From a virus, in the IMG/VR virus record IMGVR_UViG_3300045250_000069: a stretch of 64,000 bases of DNA; one strand, 5' to 3'. The notes beneath the pieces were generated by a model. It worked only from the letters and a program-made list of their open reading frames with translations. It did no database searches and was not told the origin of the DNA. Within the stretch, counting starts at the first letter, position 1. Each line of letters begins with the position of its first letter. Both the position numbers and the translations under genes were made by a program. Positions 35,534 to 47,000 of the stretch are shown one piece after another.

Positions 35534-37022
35534 TCTGAACCGTTCGACCTCGCGTGGTTTCGAGGTGATCACGTTCGCCAAGGATGTTCTCGGCGTGACG
35601 TTGTTCCCGTGGCAAGAGTGGCTGCTCATCCACATGCTTGAGCTGAACGAGGACGGCACGCTGCGGTTTCCTCGCGTGCTGGTCATCGTTGGCCGACAGG
35701 CGGGCAAGACGTTGATGGCGGCGGTGCTCGCCGCGTTTTGGCTGTATGTCGATTCCGCGCGGTGGCCTGGGCAGCTTCGCGAAATGGACTTCACGATTGT
35801 TGGGTCTGCGCAGAAGCTCGACATTGCGATGAAGCCTTGGGAGAAGGTGCGCGCTTGGGCGTGCCCTGACGATCCGAAGGTGGGTGTGTTCCCTGAGCGG
35901 GTGCCGCTATTGCAGTCGGTGACGTATCCGCCGCGGATGATGTCGAGCGAGGTGTACATCCGCACGCATGGTGGTGCACGCTATCTGCCGCGCACGTTCA
36001 GCGCTGCTCGTGGCCAGTCTGCGGCTCGGTTGATTCTCGATGAGTTGCGGGAGCAGTACGACTTCACCGGATGGTCAGCGATTGAGAAGTCAGCGAATGC
36101 GATGTTTGATTCGCAGCTGGTGGCGTTCTCGAATGCTGGGACGGCGAAGTCGAAGGTGCTCGAGTCAGTGCGTTCGATCGCGCATCAAGGTGTGGATGAC
36201 CCTGACACGGTGTGGTTTGTGGCGGAGTGGTCGGCGGAGCCGGATGCCGCGCTCGACGATCCGATTGCGTTTGCGCAGGCGAACCCGTCCGCCGGCTATT
36301 TGCCTGGGCAGACGATCCAGGGATTGATTTCGGCTGCTGCTGAGGCACCGGATGAGTCGGTTGAGCGCATCGAGGTACTCGGTCAGTGGATTACTGCTCA
36401 GACGCACCCGCTCATTCCTACTGGCGCGTGGCTCGATTGCACCGATGAGGGGTCGCAGATCATGCCAGGTAGTGAGATGGCGCTCGCGGTCGATGTCGAC
36501 TGGGATCGTAAGTATGCGGCCGTAGCGGTTGCAGGCTGGCGGGCTGATGGTCTCCCTCACGTGGAGGCGATCGCGCATCGGGCCGGGATCATGTGGACGG
36601 TGCCGTTTATTCGTGAGGTCGCTGAAGCGCAGGGTATTCGCCGGGTTGCGGTGAGGTCTCGGGGTGCGGCGGCGTCCGAGCTCGTCGGGCCGCTCCGGGA
36701 TGCTGGCCTCGAGGTTGTGGAGGTTGCGGGGCCGGCTGATGGTCAAGCGGCTGGGCAGCTTCGTGACGATGTTCTAGCGGGCAAGGTAAGGCATCGCGGG
36801 CAGCAGCCGGTGAATGATGCGTTTGCGGCGTGTGAGCCGTCGACCGTGGGCGGTGTTGAGGTGTTTGAGCGGCGTGGTGCCGCGCTCTCGACGTCGCCGG
36901 GTATCGCCTGCGCGTACGCGCTGTGGGCGTTACGGAATCAGAGCGGCGCTCCGCCGCTATCGGCGTACGAACCGGACGAGCCGGACGGTGAACCTGGCGT
37001 GCCGTGGTGGCGGAAGGGGTGA
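35475..37022 (+). CDS. terL: Terminase large subunit
   Basis: VGRQAGKT Walker A, LILDELRE Walker B, nuclease VDVD. Confidence 0.93.
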   Translation: MAEPTHGFTVPRIWTKPLRDLNRSTSRGFEVITFAKDVLGVTLFPWQEWLLIHMLELNEDGTLRFPRVLVIVGRQAGKTLMAAVLAAFWLYVDSARWPGQLREMDFTIVGSAQKLDIAMKPWEKVRAWACPDDPKVGVFPERVPLLQSVTYPPRMMSSEVYIRTHGGARYLPRTFSAARGQSAARLILDELREQYDFTGWSAIEKSANAMFDSQLVAFSNAGTAKSKVLESVRSIAHQGVDDPDTVWFVAEWSAEPDAALDDPIAFAQANPSAGYLPGQTIQGLISAAAEAPDESVERIEVLGQWITAQTHPLIPTGAWLDCTDEGSQIMPGSEMALAVDVDWDRKYAAVAVAGWRADGLPHVEAIAHRAGIMWTVPFIREVAEAQGIRRVAVRSRGAAASELVGPLRDAGLEVVEVAGPADGQAAGQLRDDVLAGKVRHRGQQPVNDAFAACEPSTVGGVEVFERRGAALSTSPGIACAYALWALRNQSGAPPLSAYEPDEPDGEPGVPWWRKG

Positions 37023-38473
37023 GCGTGAACATCATCGAACGATTCGGGCGTATGCTCTCGACTCGCACAGCAGGCAAGATTGAGGGAGTCTCGCCGTATG
37101 GGCAGCAGCTGCAGCTGGTGTCGTATATGCGCGGTGAGGGCGAAGTTGAGTCGGTCGGCTCATGGCCGGTGGCGCGCCTGTGGCGTACGCAACCGCATCT
37201 GCGCACGGTCGTGGATCTGATCTCGCAGCAGGTCGCTGCGCTCGGCCTTCACGTGTACCGATTCGATGGTGACGGTGGCCGTGAGCGGGTCCGCGACTCG
37301 GCGCTGCAGTCGCTGCTGGAGATGCCGAACCGGGAACAGACCGGCGTCGAGTTCATTTACTCGCTCGTGACGCAGCTGTCGCTTTATGACGATGCGTTCG
37401 TGTACGTCGCATTCAACGGTGACGGAAAGCTGCAGGCTCGGGTTGTGCCCGCGACGTGGGTGACGCTCGAGGTCAACGAGTCCAAGACCGAGGTGCTCGG
37501 CTACATCGTGAACGGTGTCCGGTTGAACCGGAACGACATCGTCCGATTCCCTGGCGGCACGCCGGATGAGCCGACGCAGTCGGCGTCGCCTGTGGAGACG
37601 CTGCGCACGATCCTCGACTCGGAGAACGCGACGCATGCGCGCCGCCGCAACATCCTCACTCGCGGGCCTCGCGTCGGTGGCGTGATCCAACGCCCGAAGG
37701 ACGCGCCCCGCTGGACGGATGCGGCCCGTCGCACGTTCGACGAGACGTGGGAAGCGTTCCAGCCGGGCGGGGAACGCGCCGGTGACGCGGTGCTGCTCGA
37801 GGACGGCATGTCGTACACGGCTCCCGAGTTCGATGCGTCCGCGACTGGCTATAAGGACGGTTCCGTGCTGTCGCTGTCGACTGTCGCGCAGGTGTTCCAT
37901 ATCCATCCGGCGATCCTCGGCATCTCTGGTGCGGTCGGTTATCAGGGTGTGAAGGAGATCCGGCAGGCGCTCATCGGCGACTCGCTCGCGTGGACGTTGA
38001 AGCGTATCGAGGCACGGTTCACGCAGGTGTTCCTGCAGCTCGTTGGAGAGACCGGCATGTACGTCGAGTTCAATCGTGAGGCGCGCCTGCAGGGGTCGTT
38101 CGAGGAGCAGGCTGTGATCATCCGCCAGTCGGTCGGCGCTCCGTTCATGACCGTGAATGAGGCGCGGGCGATGCGGAACATGCCCGCGGTCGACGGCGGT
38201 GACGAACTCATCGTGCCGCTGAATGTCACGACCGAGGGTGGTTCGAACCGCTCCCCGGAGGATGACACCGCGCAGCAGGACGGCATGAAGCACCTCATTG
38301 ACGGCGTCGTCTCACGGGCACGGAATGCGATCACCGCGAAGCGGGGTGCTGGCGACACCAGCATCGATTGGGCGCGCTGGACTCGCGAGCTTCTCGAGGA
38401 TGCCGCCAAGTCGGGGGTCGAACTCGACGATGCCGCGATCGGTCGCGCGCTCGCGGAGATCGGGAGGCTGTGA
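37019..38473 (+). CDS. Portal protein (HK97 family)
   Basis: LLEMPNREQTG, VLLEDGMSY, MTVNEARAMRNMP motifs. Confidence 0.93.
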   Translation: MSVNIIERFGRMLSTRTAGKIEGVSPYGQQLQLVSYMRGEGEVESVGSWPVARLWRTQPHLRTVVDLISQQVAALGLHVYRFDGDGGRERVRDSALQSLLEMPNREQTGVEFIYSLVTQLSLYDDAFVYVAFNGDGKLQARVVPATWVTLEVNESKTEVLGYIVNGVRLNRNDIVRFPGGTPDEPTQSASPVETLRTILDSENATHARRRNILTRGPRVGGVIQRPKDAPRWTDAARRTFDETWEAFQPGGERAGDAVLLEDGMSYTAPEFDASATGYKDGSVLSLSTVAQVFHIHPAILGISGAVGYQGVKEIRQALIGDSLAWTLKRIEARFTQVFLQLVGETGMYVEFNREARLQGSFEEQAVIIRQSVGAPFMTVNEARAMRNMPAVDGGDELIVPLNVTTEGGSNRSPEDDTAQQDGMKHLIDGVVSRARNAITAKRGAGDTSIDWARWTRELLEDAAKSGVELDDAAIGRALAEIGRL

Positions 38474-39576
38474 TGCAGGTAACTGTCGTGATGGGGCCGC
38501 CGGGTGCCGGGAAGTCCACGTATGTGCAGGAGCAGCGGAAGCCGGGCGACGCGGTCGTCGACTTCGATGTACTCGCGCAGGCGCTCGGCTCGCAGACAGC
38601 GCATGATGCGCCGCCGGCGGTCGCGAAGCTGACGTTCGCGGCCCGACAGGCGGCGATCGCGCGGGCACTCGACGGCCTGTCTGGTGCTGATGACGAGCTC
38701 CCGGCGGACGTGTGGGTTATCGCCTGGGATCTGAGCGAGGAAACCTACAAGCGCTGGGAGGGCCTCGGCGCCAACTTCGTGCTGCTCGATCCCGGTGAAG
38801 AAACCGTCATGGAGCGGCTCCGGGCTGAGGGGCGACCTCAATCATCCATCGATGCTGCGACCGACTGGTACGCGCGGCGAGCGAAAGGGCAGAGCATGCT
38901 GAAGTACAAGAGCGCCGCGATCGATCTCGGCGCTGCAGAGATCGACGACGGCCAGTTCATCGGCTACGCCTCGGTGTTCGGGAACGTGGACTCGTACGGC
39001 GATGTCGTCGTGAAGGGCGCGTTCGCCGAATCCCTCGCGGAGCACGGCGAGCAGGGCGCAGGCATCCCCTGCTATTGGTCGCACCGCATGGACGACCCGA
39101 CGATGAACATCGGCTCCACAGTGTCGGCGATCGAGGACGAGCACGGACTCAAGGTGACCGTGCAGCTCGACACCGAGTCCGCCACGGGCGCATACGTGCA
39201 CCGGCTGATCAAACAGGGCCGCGTGAAGCAGATGAGTTTCGCGTACGACATTCTCGACGCGGCCGAGGTCAAGGTCGACGGCGAGTGGGCGTACGAGCTG
39301 CGAAAGCTCAGGATTCACGAGGTGTCGGTCGTGCCGGTTGGCGCGAACCAGGCTACTGAACTGCTCGCCGTGAAGCGCGGCGAGCCCAAGACTTCCGTCG
39401 AACCGGCGGGGGATGACGAGCAAGACGACGTCGAGGAGCCCGCGGAGGAGCCGAACTCGGAGGAACCGGAAACGGTCAACGAGGAAGCCAACGCCGAGGC
39501 CAAGGCGAAGCGCGCTCGCGCACTCATCAAGATCGCCCTCACATCGGGGGCAACGAACCGAAAGGATTCGGAATGA
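38473..39576 (+). CDS. P-loop kinase-like domain fused to HK97-type prohead protease
   Basis: GPPGAGKS...VVDFD (aa 1-141), then GYASVFGNVDSYGD...WSH...QMSFAY...EVSVV; internal ATG 38896 with RBS. Confidence 0.85.
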   Translation: MQVTVVMGPPGAGKSTYVQEQRKPGDAVVDFDVLAQALGSQTAHDAPPAVAKLTFAARQAAIARALDGLSGADDELPADVWVIAWDLSEETYKRWEGLGANFVLLDPGEETVMERLRAEGRPQSSIDAATDWYARRAKGQSMLKYKSAAIDLGAAEIDDGQFIGYASVFGNVDSYGDVVVKGAFAESLAEHGEQGAGIPCYWSHRMDDPTMNIGSTVSAIEDEHGLKVTVQLDTESATGAYVHRLIKQGRVKQMSFAYDILDAAEVKVDGEWAYELRKLRIHEVSVVPVGANQATELLAVKRGEPKTSVEPAGDDEQDDVEEPAEEPNSEEPETVNEEANAEAKAKRARALIKIALTSGATNRKDSE

Positions 39577-40778
39577 ATCTCAAGGCACAGCGCGAGGCCG
39601 CTCAGAAGGAGCTCCTCGCCATCAAGAGCAAGATCGACGACGGCACGGTGACGGACGACGACTACACGGCCGTCGACACGCTCACGAAGACCATCGAGGG
39701 GCTCGACGTGAAGATCGCTTCGGCGGCACGCATGGAGCAGTTCCTCGGCGCGAAGGCCCCCGAGCCGGACGCAGGCAAGAAAGCGCCGGCGTCGCTCGGC
39801 GACCACTTCATCGCGGAGTCGGGCGTGAAGTCGGGCCGCGCGCCCGGCCAGCGTGCGACGTTCGCTGCTCCCGAGATCGGCGTGAAGGCGGCGACAGACA
39901 CCATCGTGTCGCCCGCCGGCGTGGAGCTTCGGGAGACCGCGACTGACGTCGACCTCACCGTCGTGCAGGCGCCGCGACGTACGTCGCTCGCCGACCTGTT
40001 CGGCTCCGGCAGCATCTCGGGCAACGCAATCCGCTACTTCATCGAGGGCGGTCTCGAGGGCACGTTCGGGACTGTGGGTGAGAACGGGCAGAAGCCGCAG
40101 TTCTCGGTGACGCACCCGACGCCGCAGATCGACGCACTCACGAAGATCGCCGGCTGGTACAACGAGTCGGACGAGATCCTCGAGGACTACGCGTGGCTCG
40201 CGTCGTCGATCAACAACCGCGCCCTGTACGAGCTCCTGCTCGTCGAGGAAGCGCAGCTGCTGAACGGCAACGGCACCGGCGCGAACCTGCGTGGTCTCCT
40301 CAACCGCACGGGCGTGCAGACCGCTACCGCAACGACCGCGACCCTCGCGGACGAACTGTTCAAGGCGCAGACCGCGGTGCAGACCGCGTCGGGTCTCACC
40401 GCAGACGCGGTGGTGCTCAACCCGGCCGACTACCAGGTGCTGCGCCTCGCGAAGGATGCGAACGGCCAGTACTACGGCGGCGGCATGTTCCAGGGCCAGT
40501 ACGGCAACGGCACGCTCACCGAGCAGCCGCCCGTGTGGGGTCTGCGTACGGTCACGACGCCCGCGATTGCGCAGGGCACGGCCGTTGTGGGTGCGTTCCG
40601 TCAGGCCGCGACCATCTACCGCAAGGGCGGCGTGCGCGTCGAGGCGACGAACTCGCACGACGACGACTTCACGAACAACCGCATCACGGTGCGCATCGAG
40701 GAGCGTCTCGCGCTCGCCGTGCGTCGCCCGTCGGCGTTCGTGAAGGTCACGATCTCGGACGAGCCCGCCGAGGGCTAG
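39573..40778 (+). CDS. Major capsid protein with N-terminal delta/scaffold domain
   Basis: HK97-fold motifs, coiled-coil N-terminus. Confidence 0.95.
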   Translation: MNLKAQREAAQKELLAIKSKIDDGTVTDDDYTAVDTLTKTIEGLDVKIASAARMEQFLGAKAPEPDAGKKAPASLGDHFIAESGVKSGRAPGQRATFAAPEIGVKAATDTIVSPAGVELRETATDVDLTVVQAPRRTSLADLFGSGSISGNAIRYFIEGGLEGTFGTVGENGQKPQFSVTHPTPQIDALTKIAGWYNESDEILEDYAWLASSINNRALYELLLVEEAQLLNGNGTGANLRGLLNRTGVQTATATTATLADELFKAQTAVQTASGLTADAVVLNPADYQVLRLAKDANGQYYGGGMFQGQYGNGTLTEQPPVWGLRTVTTPAIAQGTAVVGAFRQAATIYRKGGVRVEATNSHDDDFTNNRITVRIEERLALAVRRPSAFVKVTISDEPAEG

Positions 40779-40838
40779 CCGATCCAGGTGCTGTGGGCGG
40801 GTTTCGGCTCGCCCACAGCACCGTATCGAGGAGTGGTC

Positions 40839-41021
40839 ATGAAGAACTACACGGTGATGGTGCGGGGTATCCCGCACCGCATGCAGCTGGACGAAGAGCA
40901 CGCGAAGCGGCTCGGCGCGGTACCGATCGAGGAAGCCGTAGCGCATTCGGTCGCGTCGCCGAAGCCGGTGCGTAAGGGCCGGGCTCCAGCGAACAAGAAC
41001 CGCACGGTGGCAGACAAGTAG
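40839..41021 (+). CDS. Small basic protein (copy 2)
   Basis: Same as 613-795. Confidence 0.65.
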   Translation: MKNYTVMVRGIPHRMQLDEEHAKRLGAVPIEEAVAHSVASPKPVRKGRAPANKNRTVADK

Positions 41022-41033
41022 GGGGCGCGGATC

Positions 41034-41534
41034 GTGGACTATGGCGACATGCTCACGGGCACTATCGATCCGATGGAGGCCGCTCAGGCCGCGATCCGCG
41101 ACTACTGCGGCTGGCACGTCGCGCCGCAAGTGCGCGAGACCATGATTCGCGACGGTAACGGCAGGCACCTGCTGAAGTTGAAGACGATGCGGATCGTCGA
41201 ACTGCATCAGGTGCTCGTTGACGGCCGCGACGTGACGGAGCGTGTGCGATGGTCTGAGGCCGGCATGCTCGAGGGCGTCCGGTTCCCGAACCGGTTCCGA
41301 TCGGTCGAGATCGACCTCACTCATGGATTCGAGCCGGGCGAGGTCGGCGCGATCGCGGGTGTGCTGAGCCGGTCGGCGAAGCGGTTCGGCACAGACCCGA
41401 CGTTGCGGTCGCAGGCGGTCGGTGGTGCGTCGGTGTCGTACCTCACGAGTGCCGGCGGTGGCGGTCTGTCGCATCTGCTCACTGCGGATGAGAAGGCAGA
41501 CCTCGACGGCTACCGCCTCACTTGGGGGGTCTAA
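41034..41534 (+). CDS. Head-tail adaptor (copy 2)
   Basis: Same as 808-1308. Confidence 0.8.
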   Translation: MDYGDMLTGTIDPMEAAQAAIRDYCGWHVAPQVRETMIRDGNGRHLLKLKTMRIVELHQVLVDGRDVTERVRWSEAGMLEGVRFPNRFRSVEIDLTHGFEPGEVGAIAGVLSRSAKRFGTDPTLRSQAVGGASVSYLTSAGGGGLSHLLTADEKADLDGYRLTWGV

Positions 41535-41866
41535 TGGTCACGTATCTGCGCCCGACGAAGGCGCTTGATCCGTACTCGGGCCTACCGACCGGTCTCGATT
41601 GGATGAACCCGCAACGGGTCGATGCGCCGGCGGCGTTCATCCTCAACTCGAGCACGTCCGAGACGACCGACGGCCAGTCGGACAGTGCAACTGTCGGATG
41701 GGTGCTCTATATCCCCGAGGGGGAGGTTGAGCCGCATCCCGGCGACAAGGTCGAGCTCGACGGCGTCACGTTCGCGCAGAACGGTCGCCCGCTGCGGGAA
41801 CGAAACCCGTTCACAGGGTGGGCGCCGTACGCGCAGGTCAGGCTCACGATGCAGGAGGGCGACTGA
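41534..41866 (+). CDS. Head-tail stopper (copy 2)
   Basis: Same as 1308-1640. Confidence 0.7.
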   Translation: MVTYLRPTKALDPYSGLPTGLDWMNPQRVDAPAAFILNSSTSETTDGQSDSATVGWVLYIPEGEVEPHPGDKVELDGVTFAQNGRPLRERNPFTGWAPYAQVRLTMQEGD

Positions 41867-42135
41867 TGGAGTTCAACGACGGGTTTTTCAAGGAGATCCT
41901 CGAGAGCGAGAAGGTCGGCGATCTGTGTGAGACGGCCGCGGATGCTGTGCATGGGATTGCGTACGCGAATGCGCCGGTCGAGTCTGGTGACTACCGCGAC
42001 GGGTTGAAGGTGAAGCGGCAGCGCAGCGGAGACCGCGTTACCGCGCTTGTCGTCGGCGAGGACTGGAAAACTCTTCTCGTCGAGTCGCAGACCGGTAACC
42101 TCGCTCGCGCGGTGCGGGCGGTGAAGCGGCGATGA
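41866..42135 (+). CDS. Neck protein (copy 2)
   Basis: Same as 1640-1909. Confidence 0.7.
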   Translation: MEFNDGFFKEILESEKVGDLCETAADAVHGIAYANAPVESGDYRDGLKVKRQRSGDRVTALVVGEDWKTLLVESQTGNLARAVRAVKRR

Positions 42136-42560
42136 TCGTCGTCCATTCTGACCTGGAGCAGTGGCTGTGCGGATGGTTGCGTGGCCGACTCCCGGCGTTC
42201 GGCATCAACCCGTCATGGGTGTCGAACGCGGAACGGTCGTCGACTGCCGGCGGCGCGCCAAACGCTCCTGGCGAGCTGCACATCATTATCCGAGTCGACG
42301 CCGGCCCAGAGGGCGACGTCGGCATGAAAGATTCCACGATCGGTGTGACCGTGATTGGCCCGAACCGTGCGGCATTGAAGCCGACCGGTGACGCCGCTCG
42401 CATGATCGTCGCACTGATTAAGGGCGAGACACCAGAAGCGGTGTCGCCCATCGCAAACGTACAGGTCACCAGCGGCCCGTACACTGTGCCGTCGAGTAAC
42501 GACGAGGCCCGCTACTATGCGGTGCTCGAAGCGACCTCGGTCGGCACACAACACCAATAA
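42132..42560 (+). CDS. Tail terminator (copy 2)
   Basis: Same as 1906-2334. Confidence 0.7.
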   Translation: MIVVHSDLEQWLCGWLRGRLPAFGINPSWVSNAERSSTAGGAPNAPGELHIIIRVDAGPEGDVGMKDSTIGVTVIGPNRAALKPTGDAARMIVALIKGETPEAVSPIANVQVTSGPYTVPSSNDEARYYAVLEATSVGTQHQ

Positions 42561-42630
42561 TCGGCCCCACGCGGGCTAAACGCCACCCACCCACGGGTGG
42601 CGTTTGTCGTTTCCACAGAAAGGGAAGCAA

Positions 42631-43212
42631 ATGGCAGACGCACGGGGCCGTGATGTAAACGAGGCCCTCATCTACGTGACCGGGTTCGCGGGTATCGCGC
42701 CCGTCGAGCAGGAGAACGTGATCACTGCGGTGCAGCTCGGCGCCGACACTCTGACCGTACCCTCCGGCTTCAAGTACCTCGGTCTCCGCACCTCGGATGG
42801 CGGGCCGGAGCAGTCGCGAGAGGCGGGCGACGCGATCGAGTTCCTCGAGGATGGGTTCTCCATCAACGCGGACGGTTCGATCACGGTCGCGATGACGCTC
42901 GCGCAGTACAACGAGATCACCCGAGAACTCTCCCTCGGCAGCGCGCCCGACGCGAACGGTGTCATCAAGGTCAAGGACACCACGAACTCGAACCAGTACA
43001 TCGTGCTGCTCGAGTCGGTGTACAAGTCCGGTGCGATCAAGCGTGAGCACGGTGTCGTCCGGGTCTCCGAGATCTCGAATGGCAAGGACGAGCGAGGCAC
43101 AGTGAACGGCATCGCCGTCACGTTCCAGTGGGTTCGCCATGAGCTGTTCGACAACTCCTACTACTGGGAGGCGTACGTCGAGGGCGAGACGACGGAGCCT
43201 GTCGAGCCGTAG
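42631..43212 (+). CDS. Major tail protein (copy 2)
   Basis: Same as 2405-2986. Confidence 0.85.
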   Translation: MADARGRDVNEALIYVTGFAGIAPVEQENVITAVQLGADTLTVPSGFKYLGLRTSDGGPEQSREAGDAIEFLEDGFSINADGSITVAMTLAQYNEITRELSLGSAPDANGVIKVKDTTNSNQYIVLLESVYKSGAIKREHGVVRVSEISNGKDERGTVNGIAVTFQWVRHELFDNSYYWEAYVEGETTEPVEP

Positions 43213-43299
43213 CAGTACCGGCGCGGTCGGGAACGCTTCGGGGTCGTGCCCGGCCGCGCCTTTAACCCCGCAACCCCGTCACCCTGAAAGGAAACCGTT

Positions 43300-43683
43300 A
43301 TGGCTACTCGCAAGAATGCGCCTGCCGCCGCCGAGTTCGACGACTGGTCGGACGAGCGCGAGGCTGAGGTACTCGAATCCATCGCAGAGCAGACGCGCGT
43401 CAAGCATGTCATCACCGCGGAGAAGCAGTTCTACGGCCGATTCGTTGACGGTGAGATCATCGGCCCGATCCCGTTGAAGCTGTCGCTCGCGACGCTCGAG
43501 GCACTCGACGAAGCGGGTGAGGCGCCCGTCGACCAGATGTCCACGCTGTTCACTCTGCTCGGCATGGAGACTGAGGCAGAGTCGGTTCGGGAGCGAGACC
43601 TCGCTGAGGTGATGAGTCTCGCGGAGAAGTATTTCGGTGCGCTCAACAAGCTTACGAACGTGGTGGTCGGCTCGGGGAAATAG
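43300..43683 (+). CDS. Tail assembly chaperone (copy 2)
   Basis: Same as 3074-3457. Confidence 0.85.
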   Translation: MATRKNAPAAAEFDDWSDEREAEVLESIAEQTRVKHVITAEKQFYGRFVDGEIIGPIPLKLSLATLEALDEAGEAPVDQMSTLFTLLGMETEAESVRERDLAEVMSLAEKYFGALNKLTNVVVGSGK

Positions 43684-44063
43684 CGTTCGTCGCCCAGGTC
43701 ATGCACGACTATCCGGACGAGCTCGCAGTGACGCTGCGGGGCGAGTTCGGGGTGTCGGTCTATGACGTGGGCGACGCCGTCTCCCCAGGTGAGGCGTTCT
43801 CGCTCATCAAGGTCGCCTATCAGGACCCGTCGACGCGGCTCGGCGCCGCGGTGCAGAAGTGGGAGTATCCCGCCTCAATGGTTGACCTCGTGCAGATCGC
43901 CGCAGCGACCGGAGACAAGAGCGACGAAGTCCTGCCGTGGAGCGCACGCCAGCGACTTGATGAGTTGGCGGACCGCAAGGTCACTGAATCCGATGTGGAG
44001 GCGGGCCGGGCACGGCTCGCGCAGGTATCAGCGTTCCGGCGGATGCCGGACTTCGATGGGTAG
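43674..44063 (+). CDS. Chaperone -1 frameshift extension (copy 2)
   Basis: Same as 3448-3837. Confidence 0.8.
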   Translation, partial: GEIAFVAQVMHDYPDELAVTLRGEFGVSVYDVGDAVSPGEAFSLIKVAYQDPSTRLGAAVQKWEYPASMVDLVQIAAATGDKSDEVLPWSARQRLDELADRKVTESDVEAGRARLAQVSAFRRMPDFDG

Positions 44064-44072
44064 GAGGCTGCT

Positions 44073-47000
44073 GTGGCGGATTCGATGGTCGGACATGGCT
44101 ACGTGCAGATCACGCCGTCGATGCGGGGATTCCGTAAGACGGTGAATCGTGAGGTGGAGGGGACTGCCGGCGAGGCCCGGCGGTCATTCTCCGCCCGCAT
44201 GAAGTCGGCTGGCCGCGAGTCCGGGCAGTCGCTCGGTACGTCTCTGAAGCAGACGCTGACGGCGTCGGCTGGGGATCTTGGCGCGGGTGCGCTGAAGGGT
44301 CTCGAGTCGAACGTCGCGAAGGCTGCCGGAGCGCTCTCTACTGCCCGCCTGAAGCAGCAGGACGAGGCCGGCAAGGTTCGTGTCGCGGAGGCGAAACTCG
44401 CGGAAGCGATGAAGAAGTACCCGGAGGGTGCCTCACAGATCGTCGCCGCTGAGGAGCGTGTTGAGACGGCACGGCGGCGGCACAAGGACGCGACCGACAA
44501 GGTCACTGACGCCTCCGACAGACTACGCACAGCGCAGGACCGGCTCAAGACCGCGACCGACCGCGTCGCGGATTCCGTCGACAAGGTGAAGCTCGGGTCG
44601 TTCGCGCAGCAGCTGCGCGACGGATGGAAGGACGCGCGCGTCGCGAACTCCCAGTTCTCGGGCGTCGCATCCTCGATCGGTGGCATCGCTCGCGCGGTGT
44701 CGAACGCGTCTGGGCTGTCGAAGCTGGGTGGCATCGCCCGAGCTGCAGCGCAGCGTACGTCGACGGCGTTCGGTTCGCTCGCGACGATGATCGGCGGCAA
44801 GCTCTCCGCAGGATGGACGGCCGCGTCGTCGTGGCTGTCGGGCGTAGCGGGTCGTGTCGGCGGATTCCTTGCCCCGGTGGGGCAGCTGTTCTCCAACCTC
44901 GGGACGAAGCTCGCGACGCCGTTCGTGAACCTCGGCACGAAGATCGCTGGACATCTGAAGCCGGTCACGGACTCGGTGAAGGCGTTCGCGTCGAAGCTGC
45001 CTGGCCCGATGGGCAGCGCAGCTTCCGGTATCGGGTCGACCCTCGCATCTGGCCTGTCCGGCCTCGTCGGCAAGATTGGCACAGTCGGGCGGGACCTCGG
45101 CGCGCGGTTCGCTTCCTCCGTGCAGTCGGCGGCGACCGCTGGCGTCGCTGGTGTCGCTGCTGCTGTAGGCGCGGCTCTCGCGGGCGGTATGGGGCGACTC
45201 ACGTCGCTCGACGAGTCGATCGCGAAGATGAAGGGCCTCGGATTCGCGTCCGAGGACATCGAGAAGGCGATGCAGATCGCCAACGATGCCGCGGTCGGCA
45301 CGTCATTCGCGATGAACGATCTCGCGTCGGCTGCGGCAATGGCGATGACGGCCGGGATTAAGCCGGGCGAGCAGCTTGTCGGCTACCTCGATTCGATCAA
45401 GGGCGCGGCGACGGCGTCGGGTGCGCCGGTGCAGGAGATCGCGTCGATCTTCGGCAAGGTTGCGACCGCTGGCACCGCGTACACGACGGAGATTCAGCAG
45501 CTCGCGGACCGTCAGATCCCGATTTGGGGCGAACTCGCCGAGGTCATGGGGGTGCCTGCGGCCGAGGTGAAGAAGCTCGCGTCGGAAGGCAAGATCGACC
45601 TCGTCACGTTCCAGACCGCGGTCACGAACGCGACCGGCGGCATGGCCGAAGAGATGGGCAAGACTCTGCCAGCGAAGATCGCGAACACGCGGTCGGCGTT
45701 CTCCCGGCTCGGCATGGCGCTGCTCGGCACGAAGATGGAGGGCGACGAGCTCGTCGGCGGCTTGTTCCCGGCGTTCAAGTCGTTCTTCGACATGGTGCGC
45801 ACGGGCGTCGACGCGGTGACCGCGCTCATTGGCCCGTTCTTTGAGAAGTGGACGACGTCGGGTGGCGGGAAGCTCGTAGAGCTGTTCGATTCGCTGACCG
45901 AGAAGTTCACGAGCTTCAAGGAAACCGTGTCGGACGGTGGCGGGCTGGATGCCCTCGGCGGGCAGGCGACGAACCTTGCTGCGGTGCTTGCGCCGGTCGG
46001 TGCGGCGCTTGCTGCAATCGGTATCGGTGGTCTAGCTCCGCTGCTGGCGCGCATCCCGGTGCTGGGTGGGATGCTCGGTGGCCTCGGCGGCGCGTTCGCG
46101 TTCCTCGGCGGCCCGATCGGGATCGCGGCGGCGGCGATCGCCGCGTTCATGGCCACGGGCGCCGACTCCAGCGCTCTCGTGTCCGGGTTGACGGGAATCA
46201 TCGATTCGGTGCTCGCCATGCTCCCGGGCTTGATCGACACGGTCGTGAAGGTCATCCCCGGCATCGTCGACGGCATCCTGAAGGCTGTGCCGGAGCTGCT
46301 GACGGCGGCGACCGGCATCGTGCAGGGGCTGATCGGCGGCATCGTGAAGGCGACGCCGCTGCTCGCCAAGGGCTGGGTGCTGCTGCTGAACGGCCTGATC
46401 AACGCGGTCGTGCAGAACCTGCCAATGATCATCCAGGCCGCGGTGACGCTCGTCACGACCCTGATACAGGGGATCGTGCAGGCGCTGCCACTGTTGATCC
46501 AGGGCTCCATATCGCTCATCACTGGCCTGATTCAGGGCATCGTCACGAACCTGCCCATGATCATCGAGGCCGCGATTCAGCTGGTCATGTCGCTGATCGA
46601 GGGCATCATCTCGATGCTGCCGACGCTGATCGAGGCGGCGATCTCGCTCGTGACCACGCTGATCACAGCGATCGCAGAGAACCTGCCTCTGATCATCGAG
46701 GCCGGTATCGGGCTACTCCTCGCCCTCGTGACGGGCCTGCTCGACGCACTGCCTGAGCTGATAACCGCGGTGCTCGAGCTGATTCCCGCGATCGTGACGA
46801 CCCTGCTGGAGAACCTGCCACAACTGGTGTCGGCGGCGTTAGAGATGATCCTGGCGATTGCTGGCGGGCTGATTCAGGCGATCCCGGAGCTGGTCGCGGC
46901 GATCCCGGAGATCATCGCGGCCGTGTTCACCGCATTCACTGAGGTCGATTGGCTGTCGCTTGGTGGCGACATCATCGCGGGCATCGTCGAAGGCATTGTG

